A stretch of DNA of 64,000 nt, from positions 512,001-576,000 of the forward strand of contig CAWFJP010000003.1 of assembly GCA_963816145.1 (NCBI GenBank), read 5' to 3'. This document shows, in pieces, positions 40,203-50,080 of the stretch (within the stretch, counting starts at the first letter, position 1; every line of letters begins with the position of its first letter). Position numbers and translations under genes: made by a program. Under the pieces are notes generated by a model. The model did not search any database. It was not told where the DNA came from and saw only the letters and a program-made list of their open reading frames with translations. Origin of the DNA: an uncultured delta proteobacterium (lineage in GTDB: Bacteria; Desulfobacterota; Binatia; UBA9968).

Positions 40203-40967
40203 GTGGCTGATAAAAGTTTAACTCTCGATCAGTATCGCACGTTGCGAAAAGATAATTGGTGGGTCGAGCCGGCGCTCGTCGTCGTGGTGTTGGGCGGCTT
40301 CGCCATCTACGCAACCTGGGCTGCGTTGGAAAACGCCAACTACTACGCGGCGCCGTACCTTTCACCCTTCTACTCGCCCTGCATTTCCGCCAACTGTACC
40401 CATGTTACCCTGCCGCTCATCGGTTCCTGGTGGAATCTGTCGCCGGCCTTCTTGATTCTTTGGGTGCCCGGCGGCTTTCGCGCAACTTGTTATTATTATC
40501 GCAAGGCCTACTACCGATCTTTTTTCCAATCACCGCCGGCTTGCGCCGTGCGCGACGCCGGGAGGAACTATAGCGGTGAAACCCGCTTCCCCTTCTTGCT
40601 GCAAAATATTCACCGCTACTTTTTCTATCTCTCTCTAGTGATTCTGGCATTTCTCTGGTGGGATGCGCTACTCGCATTCCGCTTTCCCGATGGCTTCGGT
40701 ATGGGCGTGGGAACTATCGTTCTGTGCGTCAATGCTGCGCTCTTGTCGCTCTTCAGTATGTCGTGCAATTCCTGCCGCCATGTTTGCGGCGGCTATTTGA
40801 ATTCGTTTCACAGCGCCCCAAGTAAATTCAAAACTTGGTCGTTTATCAGCCAGCTCAACGAGAAACATATGGAATACGCCTGGGTCAGTCTGATCTGGGT
40901 CGCGCTGACTGACGTTTATGTACGGCTGCTAGCGATGGGCGTGATTTCTGATTTGAGGTTTTTCTAA
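40203..40967 (+). CDS. sdhC: succinate dehydrogenase membrane anchor (actinobacterial Sdh1/Rv0249c-like)
   Basis: YLSPFYSPC, FRATCYYYRKAYYRSF..PPACAV, QN.HRYF, SC.SCRH and LN..H..YAW; first gene of the sdh operon. Confidence 0.85.
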   Translation: MADKSLTLDQYRTLRKDNWWVEPALVVVVLGGFAIYATWAALENANYYAAPYLSPFYSPCISANCTHVTLPLIGSWWNLSPAFLILWVPGGFRATCYYYRKAYYRSFFQSPPACAVRDAGRNYSGETRFPFLLQNIHRYFFYLSLVILAFLWWDALLAFRFPDGFGMGVGTIVLCVNAALLSLFSMSCNSCRHVCGGYLNSFHSAPSKFKTWSFISQLNEKHMEYAWVSLIWVALTDVYVRLLAMGVISDLRFF

Positions 40968-42769
40968 TGGCTCAAGAAAAGTACGAAACCCATGAATACG
41001 ACGTCGTGGTTATCGGCGCCGGCGGTGCGGGCCTGCGCGCCGCGGTCGAGGCCTCGGCGCAGGGCGCGAAAACCGCTTTGGTGTGCAAATCCCTGCTCGG
41101 TAAAGCGCATACCGTCATGGCGGAAGGCGGCATCGCCGCGGCCATGGGCAACGTTTATCCTGAGGACAACTGGAAAGTTCACTTTCGCGATACCATGCGC
41201 GGCGGCAAGTTGCTAAACAACTGGCGTATGGCGCAGATTCATGCTCAGGAAGCGCCCGATCGCGTCCTTGAGTTGGAAGAATGGGGTGCGCTCTTCGACC
41301 GGACGAAAGAAGGTTTGATTTTACAGCGCGACTTCGGCGGCCACCGCTACGCGCGCCTCGCTCACGTCGGCGACCGCACCGGCCTGGAGATGATCCGGAC
41401 GCTGCAACAACACGCAGTGCACAAAGGCATCGACGTTTATATGGAGTGCAACTTGCAGCGGCTCTTGACCGACGGCGGCCGCATCAGCGGTGCCTTCGGT
41501 TACTGGCGCGAAAGCGGCAAGTTCATCATGTTCAAGTGCAAGGCGGTGGTCCTCGCCACCGGCGGCGGCGGCAAAGCATGGAAGGTCACCTCCAATTCCT
41601 GGGAATACACCGGCGACGGCGTCACTATGGCCGCCGATGCCGGCGCCGATTTAATGGACATGGAGTTCATGCAATTCCATCCCACTGGTATGGTATGGCC
41701 ACCCAGCGTGCGCGGCATTCTCGTCACCGAGGGCGTGCGCGGCGACGGCGGCACGTTGAAGAACACCAAGAACGAACGGTTCATGTTCAACTACATCCCG
41801 GATTTCTTCAAGGCGGAAACCGCCGAGACCATCGAAGAAGCCGAACGCTGGTACGACGACAAGCGCAACAATCGCCGTACTCCCGATCTGTTGCCGCGCG
41901 ACGAAGTCGCTCGGGCGATCAACTCAGAGGTTAAAGCCGGCCGCGGCACTCCCCATGGCGGCGTCTTCCTCGACATCGCCTCGCGCCGTCCGGCCGATTA
42001 CATCCGCAAGCGGTTGCCGTCCATGTACCATCAATTCAAGGAACTGGCAGATGTGGACATCACGAAAGAACCGATGGAAGTCGGCCCGACATGCCACTAC
42101 GCCATGGGCGGCGTCCGCGTCGACGCCGACAGCACTGCGACCACGGTTCCCGGCTTGTTTGCCGCCGGTGAAGTCGCCGCCGGTCTCCATGGCGCCAATC
42201 GATTGGGCGGCAACTCGCTCTCGGATCTACTGGTTTTCGGTCGGCGGGCCGGTCTCTATGCCGCGGAATATGCTAAGGGGATAAGCGGGTCGCTGACCGT
42301 AAATAGCGATCAAGTTGAATCCTTAGCGCGCGACATGCTCGCGCCCTTCGAAAGCAAAGGCAACGAGAATCCCTATACGATTCATTCCGACCTACAAGAA
42401 TGCATGCAGAATCTGGTCGGCATCATTCGCGTCGAGTCGGAATTGAATCAAGCTCTGGAAATTATTCAGAAGCTCAAACAGCGCGCGAAAAACTGCAGAG
42501 TTGAAGGCAACCGACATTACAATCCAGGCTGGCATCTGGCGTTGGATCTGCACTCGTTGTTGACCTTCGCCGAAGCGGCGACTTTGGCCGCGATCATCCG
42601 CAAAGAGAGCCGTGGCGGCCATACGCGCGACGACTTCCCCAACACCGACGCGAAATTCGCCAAGGTCAACATCGTCACGCGGATGAGAAATGGTGAAATG
42701 ACGCAGACCCAGGAACCGTTGCCGGAAATACCGGACGAACTGAAAGCACTGCTTGAGGAGAAAAAGTGA
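40967..42769 (+). CDS. sdhA: succinate dehydrogenase/fumarate reductase flavoprotein subunit
   Basis: GAGGAG, AHTVMAEGG (covalent FAD His), QFHPTG, HYAMGG, HGANRLGGNSL and RKESRGGH. Confidence 0.95.
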   Translation: MAQEKYETHEYDVVVIGAGGAGLRAAVEASAQGAKTALVCKSLLGKAHTVMAEGGIAAAMGNVYPEDNWKVHFRDTMRGGKLLNNWRMAQIHAQEAPDRVLELEEWGALFDRTKEGLILQRDFGGHRYARLAHVGDRTGLEMIRTLQQHAVHKGIDVYMECNLQRLLTDGGRISGAFGYWRESGKFIMFKCKAVVLATGGGGKAWKVTSNSWEYTGDGVTMAADAGADLMDMEFMQFHPTGMVWPPSVRGILVTEGVRGDGGTLKNTKNERFMFNYIPDFFKAETAETIEEAERWYDDKRNNRRTPDLLPRDEVARAINSEVKAGRGTPHGGVFLDIASRRPADYIRKRLPSMYHQFKELADVDITKEPMEVGPTCHYAMGGVRVDADSTATTVPGLFAAGEVAAGLHGANRLGGNSLSDLLVFGRRAGLYAAEYAKGISGSLTVNSDQVESLARDMLAPFESKGNENPYTIHSDLQECMQNLVGIIRVESELNQALEIIQKLKQRAKNCRVEGNRHYNPGWHLALDLHSLLTFAEAATLAAIIRKESRGGHTRDDFPNTDAKFAKVNIVTRMRNGEMTQTQEPLPEIPDELKALLEEKK

Positions 42770-43524
42770 TGGCTGAGCAACAAGTTCATATGCGGGTATG
42801 GCGTGGTGACGCCAATGGCGGCGAGTTCAAAGACTACCGCATCGCGGTGGGTGAAGGACAAGTCGTGCTTGACGTAATCCACGCGATTCAGGCGCAGCAA
42901 GCCAACGATATGGCGGTGCGCTGGAACTGTAAAGCCGGCAAATGTGGCTCATGCAGCGCTGAAGTAAACGGCAAACCTCGTCTCATGTGCATGACGCGCA
43001 TGAACACCTTCGTGCCCGGTGAAACCATCACGGTGTCGCCGATGCGGACATTCCCGATCATCCGCGATCTCGTCACCGACGTCTCTTACAACTATCAAAA
43101 GGCCAAAGAAATTCCGGCGTTCAAGCCGAAACCGAAAGAATCCGACGGTACCCGCCGGATGTACCAAGAAGACATCGACCGGGTACAAGAATTCCACAAA
43201 TGTATCGAGTGTTTCTTGTGCCAGAACGTCTGCCATGTTATCCGCGACCACGACGACAATAAGCCGGCCTTCTCCGGCCCGCGCTTCTTCGTGCGCTTGG
43301 CGTCGCTGGAAATGCACCCCCTCGATAGCAATGATCGCATGGAGCTGATCAAACAGAAGGCGGGCTTAGGCTACTGCAACATTACCAAATGCTGCACCGA
43401 GGTTTGCCCTGAACATATTCACATAACCGACAACGCCATCATCCCGCTCAAAGAACGCGTCGTCGACCGCTTCTACGATCCCATCGCCAAGCTGATGGGA
43501 CTATTTTCGACAAAAAACAAGTAA
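42769..43524 (+). CDS. sdhB: succinate dehydrogenase/fumarate reductase iron-sulfur subunit
   Basis: CKAGKCGSC...C, CIECFLCQNVC and CNITKCCTEVCP motifs. Confidence 0.95.
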   Translation: MAEQQVHMRVWRGDANGGEFKDYRIAVGEGQVVLDVIHAIQAQQANDMAVRWNCKAGKCGSCSAEVNGKPRLMCMTRMNTFVPGETITVSPMRTFPIIRDLVTDVSYNYQKAKEIPAFKPKPKESDGTRRMYQEDIDRVQEFHKCIECFLCQNVCHVIRDHDDNKPAFSGPRFFVRLASLEMHPLDSNDRMELIKQKAGLGYCNITKCCTEVCPEHIHITDNAIIPLKERVVDRFYDPIAKLMGLFSTKNK

Positions 43525-43525
43525 T

Positions 43526-43554
43526 AAAAAGACGCTACGTCCTGGGGCGTAGCG
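43526..43554 (-). terminator. intrinsic terminator between convergent units
   Basis: cgctacg...cgtagcg hairpin with an A-tract on the left (U-tract on the minus strand). Confidence 0.55.
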
Positions 43555-43620
43555 CCTTCATTACGCTCTCTCCGGAAGTCGATTCTGCCAATTGGCAAAA
43601 CCAATCTGAACTTAGATAGG

Positions 43621-44154
43621 TTAGCTCCGGCTACTCCGGCGTAGATACATTCTTACCCAAAAATCGTAAAGCGTTGCTGAAGTAAACTTCTCGAAGATTT
43701 TCTGCTTGAGCGTCGACTCATATTCGACGGTGATATCCTGCCCTTCCTTAGTGACGGAAATTAGCCGACCCTGTTTCTGGTCGACGACGCCACCGACGGC
43801 ACGGAGAATCTGCGATAAGGCATGGGCTTCAGGGCGCCCGCCGGCATCGACTCTTCGGGACTTCGCTTCATCGTCGACACGGCCGATGTCCTCGTGGGTG
43901 TAGTGGAGCTCCAAGATACCTGACGACGGCTGCGGTTCTGCAACCGGCTCTTGTTTCTTGCCACGCAGCGATTGCCACACGACCCGAAGCGAGATCCCCT
44001 GCGGTGGCGCGGACTCTTTACGCGGTTCAGGTTTTTGACCACGAACCGAAATGCCAGCATCTTCAACTCTCAGAGAAAAGTGATCGATGCGGAGAGATTC
44101 AAGGATCTGTCCTACCGGCCGAAGCAAAGCAGAATAATTCAGCGCTGGTGCCAT
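43621..44154 (-). CDS. hypothetical protein (paralogue of 44335-44862)
   Basis: Shares Y..LR..GQ.LE, EL.Y...D..R, LSQ.LR..G, YES and LYD.WVR.YL.RS with its neighbour. Confidence 0.75.
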   Translation of the reverse strand: MAPALNYSALLRPVGQILESLRIDHFSLRVEDAGISVRGQKPEPRKESAPPQGISLRVVWQSLRGKKQEPVAEPQPSSGILELHYTHEDIGRVDDEAKSRRVDAGGRPEAHALSQILRAVGGVVDQKQGRLISVTKEGQDITVEYESTLKQKIFEKFTSATLYDFWVRMYLRRSSRS

Positions 44155-44334
44155 CGACCGCCAACTCCATCTTCAAACTAAAATCCGCCTGTCAGCAAAA
44201 TGTAAATCATCGCCCTATCCGAGAGGACACCTTCGTTACGCGAGAATACGCCGGCTCACCACCGAGATTTCGCTTTGACCAGACTAGAAACTGCTGCAAC
44301 GCTTGAAGCTTATGGATAATCTTACCGAAACTCA

Positions 44335-44862
44335 CTATGCCGTACGCAACGATCTCTGTAAATAAAATCGCACCCAAAGGTCGTAAAGATCGGCGGCCGA
44401 AAATTGTTCGCTGAACCGGCTACCCAACGAACTTTCGTAATGCACTTCAAAGTTCTCACCCTTGCGAGATACTCGCAGCATACGGGAATATTTTTGAGTT
44501 AGGTAAGTGCCGATCACACGCAGAGATTGTGACAATCGACAACTATCCGCAGTGCCGTGATTCTCTGCACGTTGGGTCCGACCCTCGCGCTCCAAGCGGT
44601 CGACATCGCTCCGCGAATAACTCAACTCCATGGCCGTTGCCCGAACTACCGGCTGGTTAACCGTCCAAGGATCGCACCGGTTTTTGACTACCAATGAAGC
44701 ACCATTGATACGATAACTGTCGCCATCCGGTTCGACAGTGAAATCGCCAAGATTGAGGGTCTCGAGCGCTTGTCCAATCGCACGCAACGTTTGCGCATAT
44801 CCCGTTATCAAATCCATCCGAACGCTCCCAGTTCCTTCCTCTAGGACGGACAGTGTAGACAT
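44335..44862 (-). CDS. hypothetical protein (paralogue of 43621-44154); alternative start at 44817
   Basis: Same shared motifs. Confidence 0.75.
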   Translation of the reverse strand: MSTLSVLEEGTGSVRMDLITGYAQTLRAIGQALETLNLGDFTVEPDGDSYRINGASLVVKNRCDPWTVNQPVVRATAMELSYSRSDVDRLEREGRTQRAENHGTADSCRLSQSLRVIGTYLTQKYSRMLRVSRKGENFEVHYESSLGSRFSEQFSAADLYDLWVRFYLQRSLRTA

Positions 44863-45108
44863 CTCCACAACCACCCCCGATCAGCAAGATTTCGCGATAT
44901 AATTCTTTTTAATAGCAACCCATCAATATGTCAAGAAATTTTTACTCCCGTGCCAACACAGGCAGTATGGAACGGCCTTCACTCGGGTCAAAGTTGGATG
45001 AGGAGCTGCCAGCTCAAAACGAACTGACAATTGCAAACCTTGACTCACGGACCTCTCGTTTGAAGATGGTAACGCCGAGCCGTTTCGAACAACGGGAGAT
45101 TAGCGAAA

Positions 45109-46260
45109 CTAAGTTCGGCGCAAACGAAATCCACCTGCGGCCTGCAAGGGTTCGCTCTTGCGAGGTTCACCTTCAACGGCGGTCGGCTCTACATCGACCT
45201 TGAGCCCGGCCAACTTGATCTTGAGGCGTAGGTTATTTGCGCTGTCGGCGTTGACGAGCGCTTGGTCCAGAGTGATCTTGCCATCGCGGTAGAGAGCGAA
45301 TAGCGCCTGGTCGAAAGTCTGACATCCCTCCTGAACTCCCTGTTCCATCGCCTCTTTCAGCGAGTCCACCTCGCCACGCTTGATCAAATCCTTGATCCGC
45401 GGCGTATCCATCAGAATCTCCAAAGCCGCAACACGCTTGCCCTCCACCGATGGAATTAAACGCTGCGAAACGATCGAGCGCAGGTTGAGCGACAATTGCA
45501 AATACATTTGCTCATGACGCTCGAGTTGGAAGAAGTTCATGATCCGTTCAATCGCCTGGTTGGCATTGTTCGAATGCAGCGTGCCGAGACAAAGATGCCC
45601 CGTCTCAGCGAATGTGATGGCCGCTTCCATGGTTTCGGTGTCGCGGATTTCACCGATCAGTATAACATCCGGCGCTTGGCGCAAAGTGTTCTTCAGCGCC
45701 GCTTGGAAGCTATGCGTGTCGCTACCGACCTCGCGCTGGGTCACGATCGACTCTTTATGCCGATGGACAAACTCGATGGGGTCTTCGATGGTTATGATAT
45801 GACCGGCTTCATGGGTATTGCGATGGTCGATCATCGCCGCCAAAGTGGTCGACTTTCCGGAGCCTGTAGCACCCACCACCAATACCAGACCGCGCTTGGT
45901 CATGGTGATATATTTTAAAATCGACGGCAGCCCCAGGTCATCGATCGACATAATGTCAGCTTTAATACGCCGAATGACCAGCCCCACCGAACCTCTCTGG
46001 ATCAGGATATTGACGCGGAAACGCGCCAACCCCGGGAGGGATTGGGCGAGATTCATTTCGAACGTCTGGGCAAACTCCCGGCGCTGCTTTTCCGTCATCA
46101 TGGCGTCCGCCAAAGCTCGCAAATCGTCAGGGGTAAAGTTTCTATCACCGATCGCCTGAATCTTTCCTTCGACTCGATACATCGGCGGCCGCGCCACGGT
46201 CAGGTAGAGATCTGAAGCCTCGATCTCAACCATTTTTTTGAACAGTTCCTGAAATTCCAC
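45109..46260 (-). CDS. pilU: type IV pilus retraction ATPase PilU
   Basis: GATGSGKST, TIEDPIE, LRQAPDVILIGEIRD and TLHSNNANQAIERI. Confidence 0.95.
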   Translation of the reverse strand: MEFQELFKKMVEIEASDLYLTVARPPMYRVEGKIQAIGDRNFTPDDLRALADAMMTEKQRREFAQTFEMNLAQSLPGLARFRVNILIQRGSVGLVIRRIKADIMSIDDLGLPSILKYITMTKRGLVLVVGATGSGKSTTLAAMIDHRNTHEAGHIITIEDPIEFVHRHKESIVTQREVGSDTHSFQAALKNTLRQAPDVILIGEIRDTETMEAAITFAETGHLCLGTLHSNNANQAIERIMNFFQLERHEQMYLQLSLNLRSIVSQRLIPSVEGKRVAALEILMDTPRIKDLIKRGEVDSLKEAMEQGVQEGCQTFDQALFALYRDGKITLDQALVNADSANNLRLKIKLAGLKVDVEPTAVEGEPRKSEPLQAAGGFRLRRT

Positions 46261-46290
46261 TCGTCCTCCGTAACCGCGTCCAACTGTTTC

Positions 46291-47361
46291 CTACAACCGG
46301 CCGCCCGCCACCGCGGCAGGCGCAGCGCCGAATAGATTGGGATTCATGCTCTTCGATTGCGCCTCTTCACGCGTCACCAAACCACGAGTAACCAGGGCCT
46401 GCAGCGCCATGTCCATCGTCTGCATGCCATCCTTTTGGCTTACCTGCATGGTGCCGGGGAGTTGATGGATCTTTCCTTCGCGAATTAGATTGCGCACTGC
46501 GGTGGTACCGATCATGATTTCGTGCGCGGCGACTCGGCCGCCGGCTTTCTTTTTGAGTAGGGTTTGGGTAATGACCGCTTCGATGGACTCGGCAAACTGC
46601 GCGCGAATTTGTGCTTGCTGGTTGGGCGGAAATACGTCGATGACGCGGTCAACGGTCTTGGGCGCGCTCGAAGTATGCAACGTGCCAAAAACAATGTGAC
46701 CGGTTTCCGCGGCGGTCAGCGCGAGTTGAATGGTTTCAAGATCGCGCATTTCGCCGACCAGAATGATATCCGGGTCTTCACGCAGCGCCGCGCGCAGGGC
46801 ATTTGAAAACGACTGGGTATGCGGCCCCAGCTCACGTTGATTGACCAGACATTTCTTTGACGGATGGACGAACTCGATCGGATCTTCGACGGTTAAAATG
46901 TGTCCTTCGAAACTTGAGTTGAGATAATCGACCATCGCTGCCAACGTGGTTGATTTACCGGAACCGGTCGGCCCGGTGACAAGAATCAGGCCTTTTTCTT
47001 TCTCGCAAAGCTGTTTGAAGATCGCCGGCAAGCCCAGTTCTTCCATGGTCAATATCTTCGTTGGAATCGTTCGAAATACCGCCGCTTCACCTTTGCGTTG
47101 CATGAAGACATTGACACGAAAACGTGCTTTGTCCGCGAGCGCAAATGAAAAATCGCATTCATGGGTCTCTTCGAAAGTCTTGCGCTGACCATCGCTCATG
47201 ATGTCATAAACTAACGCGTGCACTTGTTCCTGGGTAAGTGACGGGTGGTCGAGTTTTTTCAAGTCGCCGTCGATGCGTATCATCGGTGGTTCGCCTGCGC
47301 TCAAGTGGCAATCCGACGCGCCTTGAGCGACACCGAAGCCCAATAGCTCGGTAATGTCCAT
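46291..47361 (-). CDS. pilT: type IV pilus retraction ATPase PilT
   Basis: MDITELL, GPTGSGKST, LREDPDIILVGEMRD, AVRNLIRE and GMQT. Confidence 0.97.
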   Translation of the reverse strand: MDITELLGFGVAQGASDCHLSAGEPPMIRIDGDLKKLDHPSLTQEQVHALVYDIMSDGQRKTFEETHECDFSFALADKARFRVNVFMQRKGEAAVFRTIPTKILTMEELGLPAIFKQLCEKEKGLILVTGPTGSGKSTTLAAMVDYLNSSFEGHILTVEDPIEFVHPSKKCLVNQRELGPHTQSFSNALRAALREDPDIILVGEMRDLETIQLALTAAETGHIVFGTLHTSSAPKTVDRVIDVFPPNQQAQIRAQFAESIEAVITQTLLKKKAGGRVAAHEIMIGTTAVRNLIREGKIHQLPGTMQVSQKDGMQTMDMALQALVTRGLVTREEAQSKSMNPNLFGAAPAAVAGGRL

Positions 47362-47583
47362 GGGTCACACTCCTATGCAAACTGGTGAGAACAATTTTAA
47401 TATGCCCGAGAGAATCCTGTAAAGTAATTTGTCAGGATTGGTGATTTAGGTCAGCAATATCGATACCATTAGCTGGGTTCACGAATACGCTCTCTGAACT
47501 GGCCCAATTATCCACCATTTCTGGATTGAATTCCGCTTTAACACCAGCTACTTAACTGTCGTGAAGGAAGGACTTTTTAAGCT

Positions 47584-48357
47584 ATGCTCAAGGACAAAAT
47601 CGCTCTGGTTACCGGAGGCGGGACCGGAATCGGTAAAGCCATCGCGGTAAAACTGGCCAAAAATGGCGCCAAGGTCGCCATCGCTTCGCGTAACCGCGAT
47701 CAGCTCGAGAGGGTCGCAGCAGAACTCGTCCAAATAGGATTAACCGTTGTACCCGTGCCGTTGAATGTTCGAGTCAAAACCGATGTCCACCGCGCGGTCA
47801 CGGACATCGTCGGCCACTGGGGCGCGATTCACATCCTCGTCAACAACGCCGGCATCTCTGGGCTGAGTCTCATGAGCGATTCCGACGACTCCAAATGGTA
47901 TGATATCGTCGATACCAACTTGAATGGCATGTATCTCCTCACCAAGGCGACCCTCCGTCACATGCCGTATCAAGCCGGCGGCCGGATCATCAACATCTCG
48001 TCGGTGCTCGGCAAGTTCGGTGCCCCAGGTTACACGGCCTACTGCACGACCAAACATGGCATGATCGGCTTCACCCGTGCATTGGCCCTCGAAGTCGTCA
48101 GCCGGGGCATCACGGTCAACACCATCTGTCCAGGCTGGGTCGACACCGAGATGGCAAACTTGGGCATCAACGAGACCGCCAAGCTTCAAGGCATCACACC
48201 AGAGGAATTCAAAGCCCAAGCGGTCGCCGCCGTGCCGATCCGAAGATTTCTCGAAGCCGAGGAGATCGCCGAGCTGGTCGCCTATGTCGCCTCGGATGCT
48301 GCCCGCGGCATCACCGGACAAGCTATGAACATCTGCGGCGGGCAAACCATGGCGTAG
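47584..48357 (+). CDS. SDR-family oxidoreductase
   Basis: TGGGTGIG, NNAG, YCTTK (YxxxK) and ICPGWVDT. Confidence 0.95.
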   Translation: MLKDKIALVTGGGTGIGKAIAVKLAKNGAKVAIASRNRDQLERVAAELVQIGLTVVPVPLNVRVKTDVHRAVTDIVGHWGAIHILVNNAGISGLSLMSDSDDSKWYDIVDTNLNGMYLLTKATLRHMPYQAGGRIINISSVLGKFGAPGYTAYCTTKHGMIGFTRALALEVVSRGITVNTICPGWVDTEMANLGINETAKLQGITPEEFKAQAVAAVPIRRFLEAEEIAELVAYVASDAARGITGQAMNICGGQTMA

Positions 48358-48474
48358 ACTCTCCGTCGGTCGCGGTTCGCACCAAGATGCTTGCCCATTA
48401 TCGTTGCTGGAGTAGCCGAATTGTTTCACGACGGCTAGAGATTTTTTCCGCGCGCTCTGATATTTTGCCTCACA

Positions 48475-50001
48475 ATGAGTCCAACGATTCAAGTTCGCAA
48501 TCCAGCCACCTTGGAGCTAGTCCAGGAACTTTCGGTCGCATCGCCGGCTGAAGTTGCTGCGGCGGTGGCACGCGCGCGCCAGGCGCAGTCGATCTGGCAA
48601 CACACGAGTTTTGCTGAGCGCGCCCAACTGCTCTACCGGCTTCGCGACCTGCTGCTCGACGACGGCGACAAACTCGCCGATATTTTGACCAGTGAAACTG
48701 GCCGGCCACGCGCTGAAGTCTACGGTAGTGAAATTTTCTACCTGTGCAATGCCATCGGCGCCTGGGCCAAGAACGCACAACGTTACCTGAGACAACAAAA
48801 AATCTCGCCGAGTTTTCCATTGGTGAAAGCCAAGAAAGTTTACAGCACCTACGCGCCGCGCGGCGTTATAGGCATGATCAGTCCATGGAACTTCCCTGTG
48901 GTGCTAACGCTCGGCGAAGCCTTGCCGGCGCTGATGGCGGGTAACGCCGTGATCATCAAGCCTTCGGAATTGACTCCGCTGTCCGCGCTTTTTGGCGCCG
49001 ACCTGGTCGCACAGGCCGGCTTTCCCAAGGACTTGCTACAAATCGTCATCGGTTATGGCGACACCGGAGAAGCGCTTGTCGACCATGCCGATATGATCGC
49101 CTTCACCGGCAGCGTCGAAACCGGCAAACGCGTCATGCGCCGTGCCAGCGATCGGCTGATTCCGGTGTCGTTAGAATTGGGCGGCAAAGATCCGATGATC
49201 GTCCTAAAAGACGCAGATCTCGACCGCGCCGCCGGTGCCTGTGTTTGGGGCTCGTTAATGAACAGTGGCCAGACCTGCACTTCTATCGAGCGCGTCTACG
49301 TCGAAGCGCCAGTGTATGACGCCTTCGTTGACAAGGTGGTTAGGCGAGTCAAAGCCATGCGCCAGGGCAAAAGCGCCGATGAGGTCGATATCGGCTGCAT
49401 GACGTCCGAAACGCAGTTGAATAAAGTCGCCGCACAGGTCGACGAAGCCCGCGCCAAGGGCGCAAAAATACTTACCGGCGGGCGGCGCCATCCCGGATTG
49501 CGCGGTTACTACTACGAACCAACGGTACTCGTCGATGTCGATCATTCGATGACCGTGATGGCTGAGGAAACCTTCGGACCGGTGATTCCGATCATGAGGG
49601 TTAAGGATGCCGAGGAGGCAGTGAGACTGGCCAACGATTGCCGTTACGGCCTAGGCGCCAGCATCTTTTCACGCGATAAAATTGCAGCGGCAGGTCTTGC
49701 CGAAAAGCTCGATAGCGGCGCGGTCTGCGTCAATGACAGCCTGGTCAATTTCATCGTTCTCGAGGCGCCCATGGGCGGGCGCAAAGACAGTGGTTTCGGT
49801 TACCGTCACGGCGCCGAAGGCATTCGCAAGTATTGCCAGCAAAAAACCATTGTCGTCGACCGCTTTGGTCTCAAAGAGGAATTCCCTTGGTATCCCGCGA
49901 CCGAGAAAAAGGCCCGGCAGGTGCGCCAGTTGCTCAACCTGCTTTGCCACTCGGGTTGGGCCCACAAACTGCGCGCTTTCAGAGGGCTCATGCGCAGCTA
50001 G
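48475..50001 (+). CDS. aldehyde dehydrogenase
   Basis: ISPWNFP, KPSELTP, FTGS, LELGGKD, NSGQTC and EETFGP. Confidence 0.95.
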   Translation: MSPTIQVRNPATLELVQELSVASPAEVAAAVARARQAQSIWQHTSFAERAQLLYRLRDLLLDDGDKLADILTSETGRPRAEVYGSEIFYLCNAIGAWAKNAQRYLRQQKISPSFPLVKAKKVYSTYAPRGVIGMISPWNFPVVLTLGEALPALMAGNAVIIKPSELTPLSALFGADLVAQAGFPKDLLQIVIGYGDTGEALVDHADMIAFTGSVETGKRVMRRASDRLIPVSLELGGKDPMIVLKDADLDRAAGACVWGSLMNSGQTCTSIERVYVEAPVYDAFVDKVVRRVKAMRQGKSADEVDIGCMTSETQLNKVAAQVDEARAKGAKILTGGRRHPGLRGYYYEPTVLVDVDHSMTVMAEETFGPVIPIMRVKDAEEAVRLANDCRYGLGASIFSRDKIAAAGLAEKLDSGAVCVNDSLVNFIVLEAPMGGRKDSGFGYRHGAEGIRKYCQQKTIVVDRFGLKEEFPWYPATEKKARQVRQLLNLLCHSGWAHKLRAFRGLMRS

Positions 50002-50080
50002 CAAGCTTGCACTCCCGCGGCGATTCATCTAAGTAGAAGTGATACTTTTCTCAGGTAAATAATTTTAGAGGAGAGATTCC

